Part shown: one piece after another, positions 63,681 through 64,000 of the stretch
How the letters are laid out: each line of letters begins with the position of its first letter
Numbering within the stretch: position 1 is the stretch's first letter
Assembly (NCBI GenBank): GCA_038087875.1
Contig: CM075992.1
Location: 2,544,001 to 2,608,000 of the forward strand
Reading direction: 5' to 3'
DNA: 64,000 bases
Source of the DNA: Malacoraja senta
Lineage: Eukaryota
Position numbers and translations under genes: made by a program
Notes under the pieces: generated by a model
The model's database searches: none
What the model was told of the DNA's origin: nothing
The model's input: the letters and a program-made list of their open reading frames with translations, nothing else

Positions 63681-63748
63681 CAAAAAGTTTCTATGGGAAG
63701 AATGCGAATCATTGCATAAAGAAATAGAGCAAATTAACAGAAAGCTAA
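63681..63748 (+). CDS. CCDC159: CCDC159 coding exon; next exon appears to begin at 63997
   Basis: (S)KKFLWEECESLHKEIEQINRKL matches the CCDC159 'SKKFLWEEL' motif. Confidence 0.88.
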
Positions 63749-64000
63749 GTGAGTATCCGTTGCCTCCTCTTTGTATGATGTTAATCGGGTTGATAAACAA
63801 ATACATAGCCATGATCAGCCATGATCACATTGAATGGCGGTGCAGGCTCGAAGGGCCGAATGGCCTACTCCTGCACCTATTTTCTATGTTTCTATAGCCT
63901 GAATTGGATCCAGACCGGGAAATTAGATTTACTGAATGCTAAAGACTTCTGAAATTAAAATGAAAATAAATATTTTTCATTCCTTTTGTGTTGCAGCTAT

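Overview
Repeat-rich vertebrate DNA, inferred to be cartilaginous fish (probably skate/ray) from its HE1/V-SINE-like and HER1/CR1-like repeats. I reconstructed four spliced genes by hand. DENND1C (+, 802-27858) starts before the window, and three conserved internal exons are absent, probably lost in the 200-N gap. CRB3 (-, CDS 32869-42905) is a complete 105-aa protein ending ERLI. TMEM205 (-, CDS 51083-53395) is a complete 188-aa protein. CCDC159 (+, from about 57.7 kb) runs off the window and shares a CCAAT/GC-box bidirectional promoter with TMEM205. Repeats include a decayed near-complete CR1 LINE (esterase ORF1, APE-RT ORF2), L2 fragments, V-SINEs, and hAT and PIF/Harbinger MITEs with clear TSDs. 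The most notable non-genic signal is roughly 30+ short, often fold-back insertions carrying a minimal hammerhead-ribozyme core (CTGAAGA-A-GGGT-NNCG-RCCC-GAAAC-GTY). One copy is still attached to a Penelope-type GIY-YIG endonuclease fragment, which ties the family to Penelope-like retroelement termini. Gene names rest on recalled homology; no searches were run.
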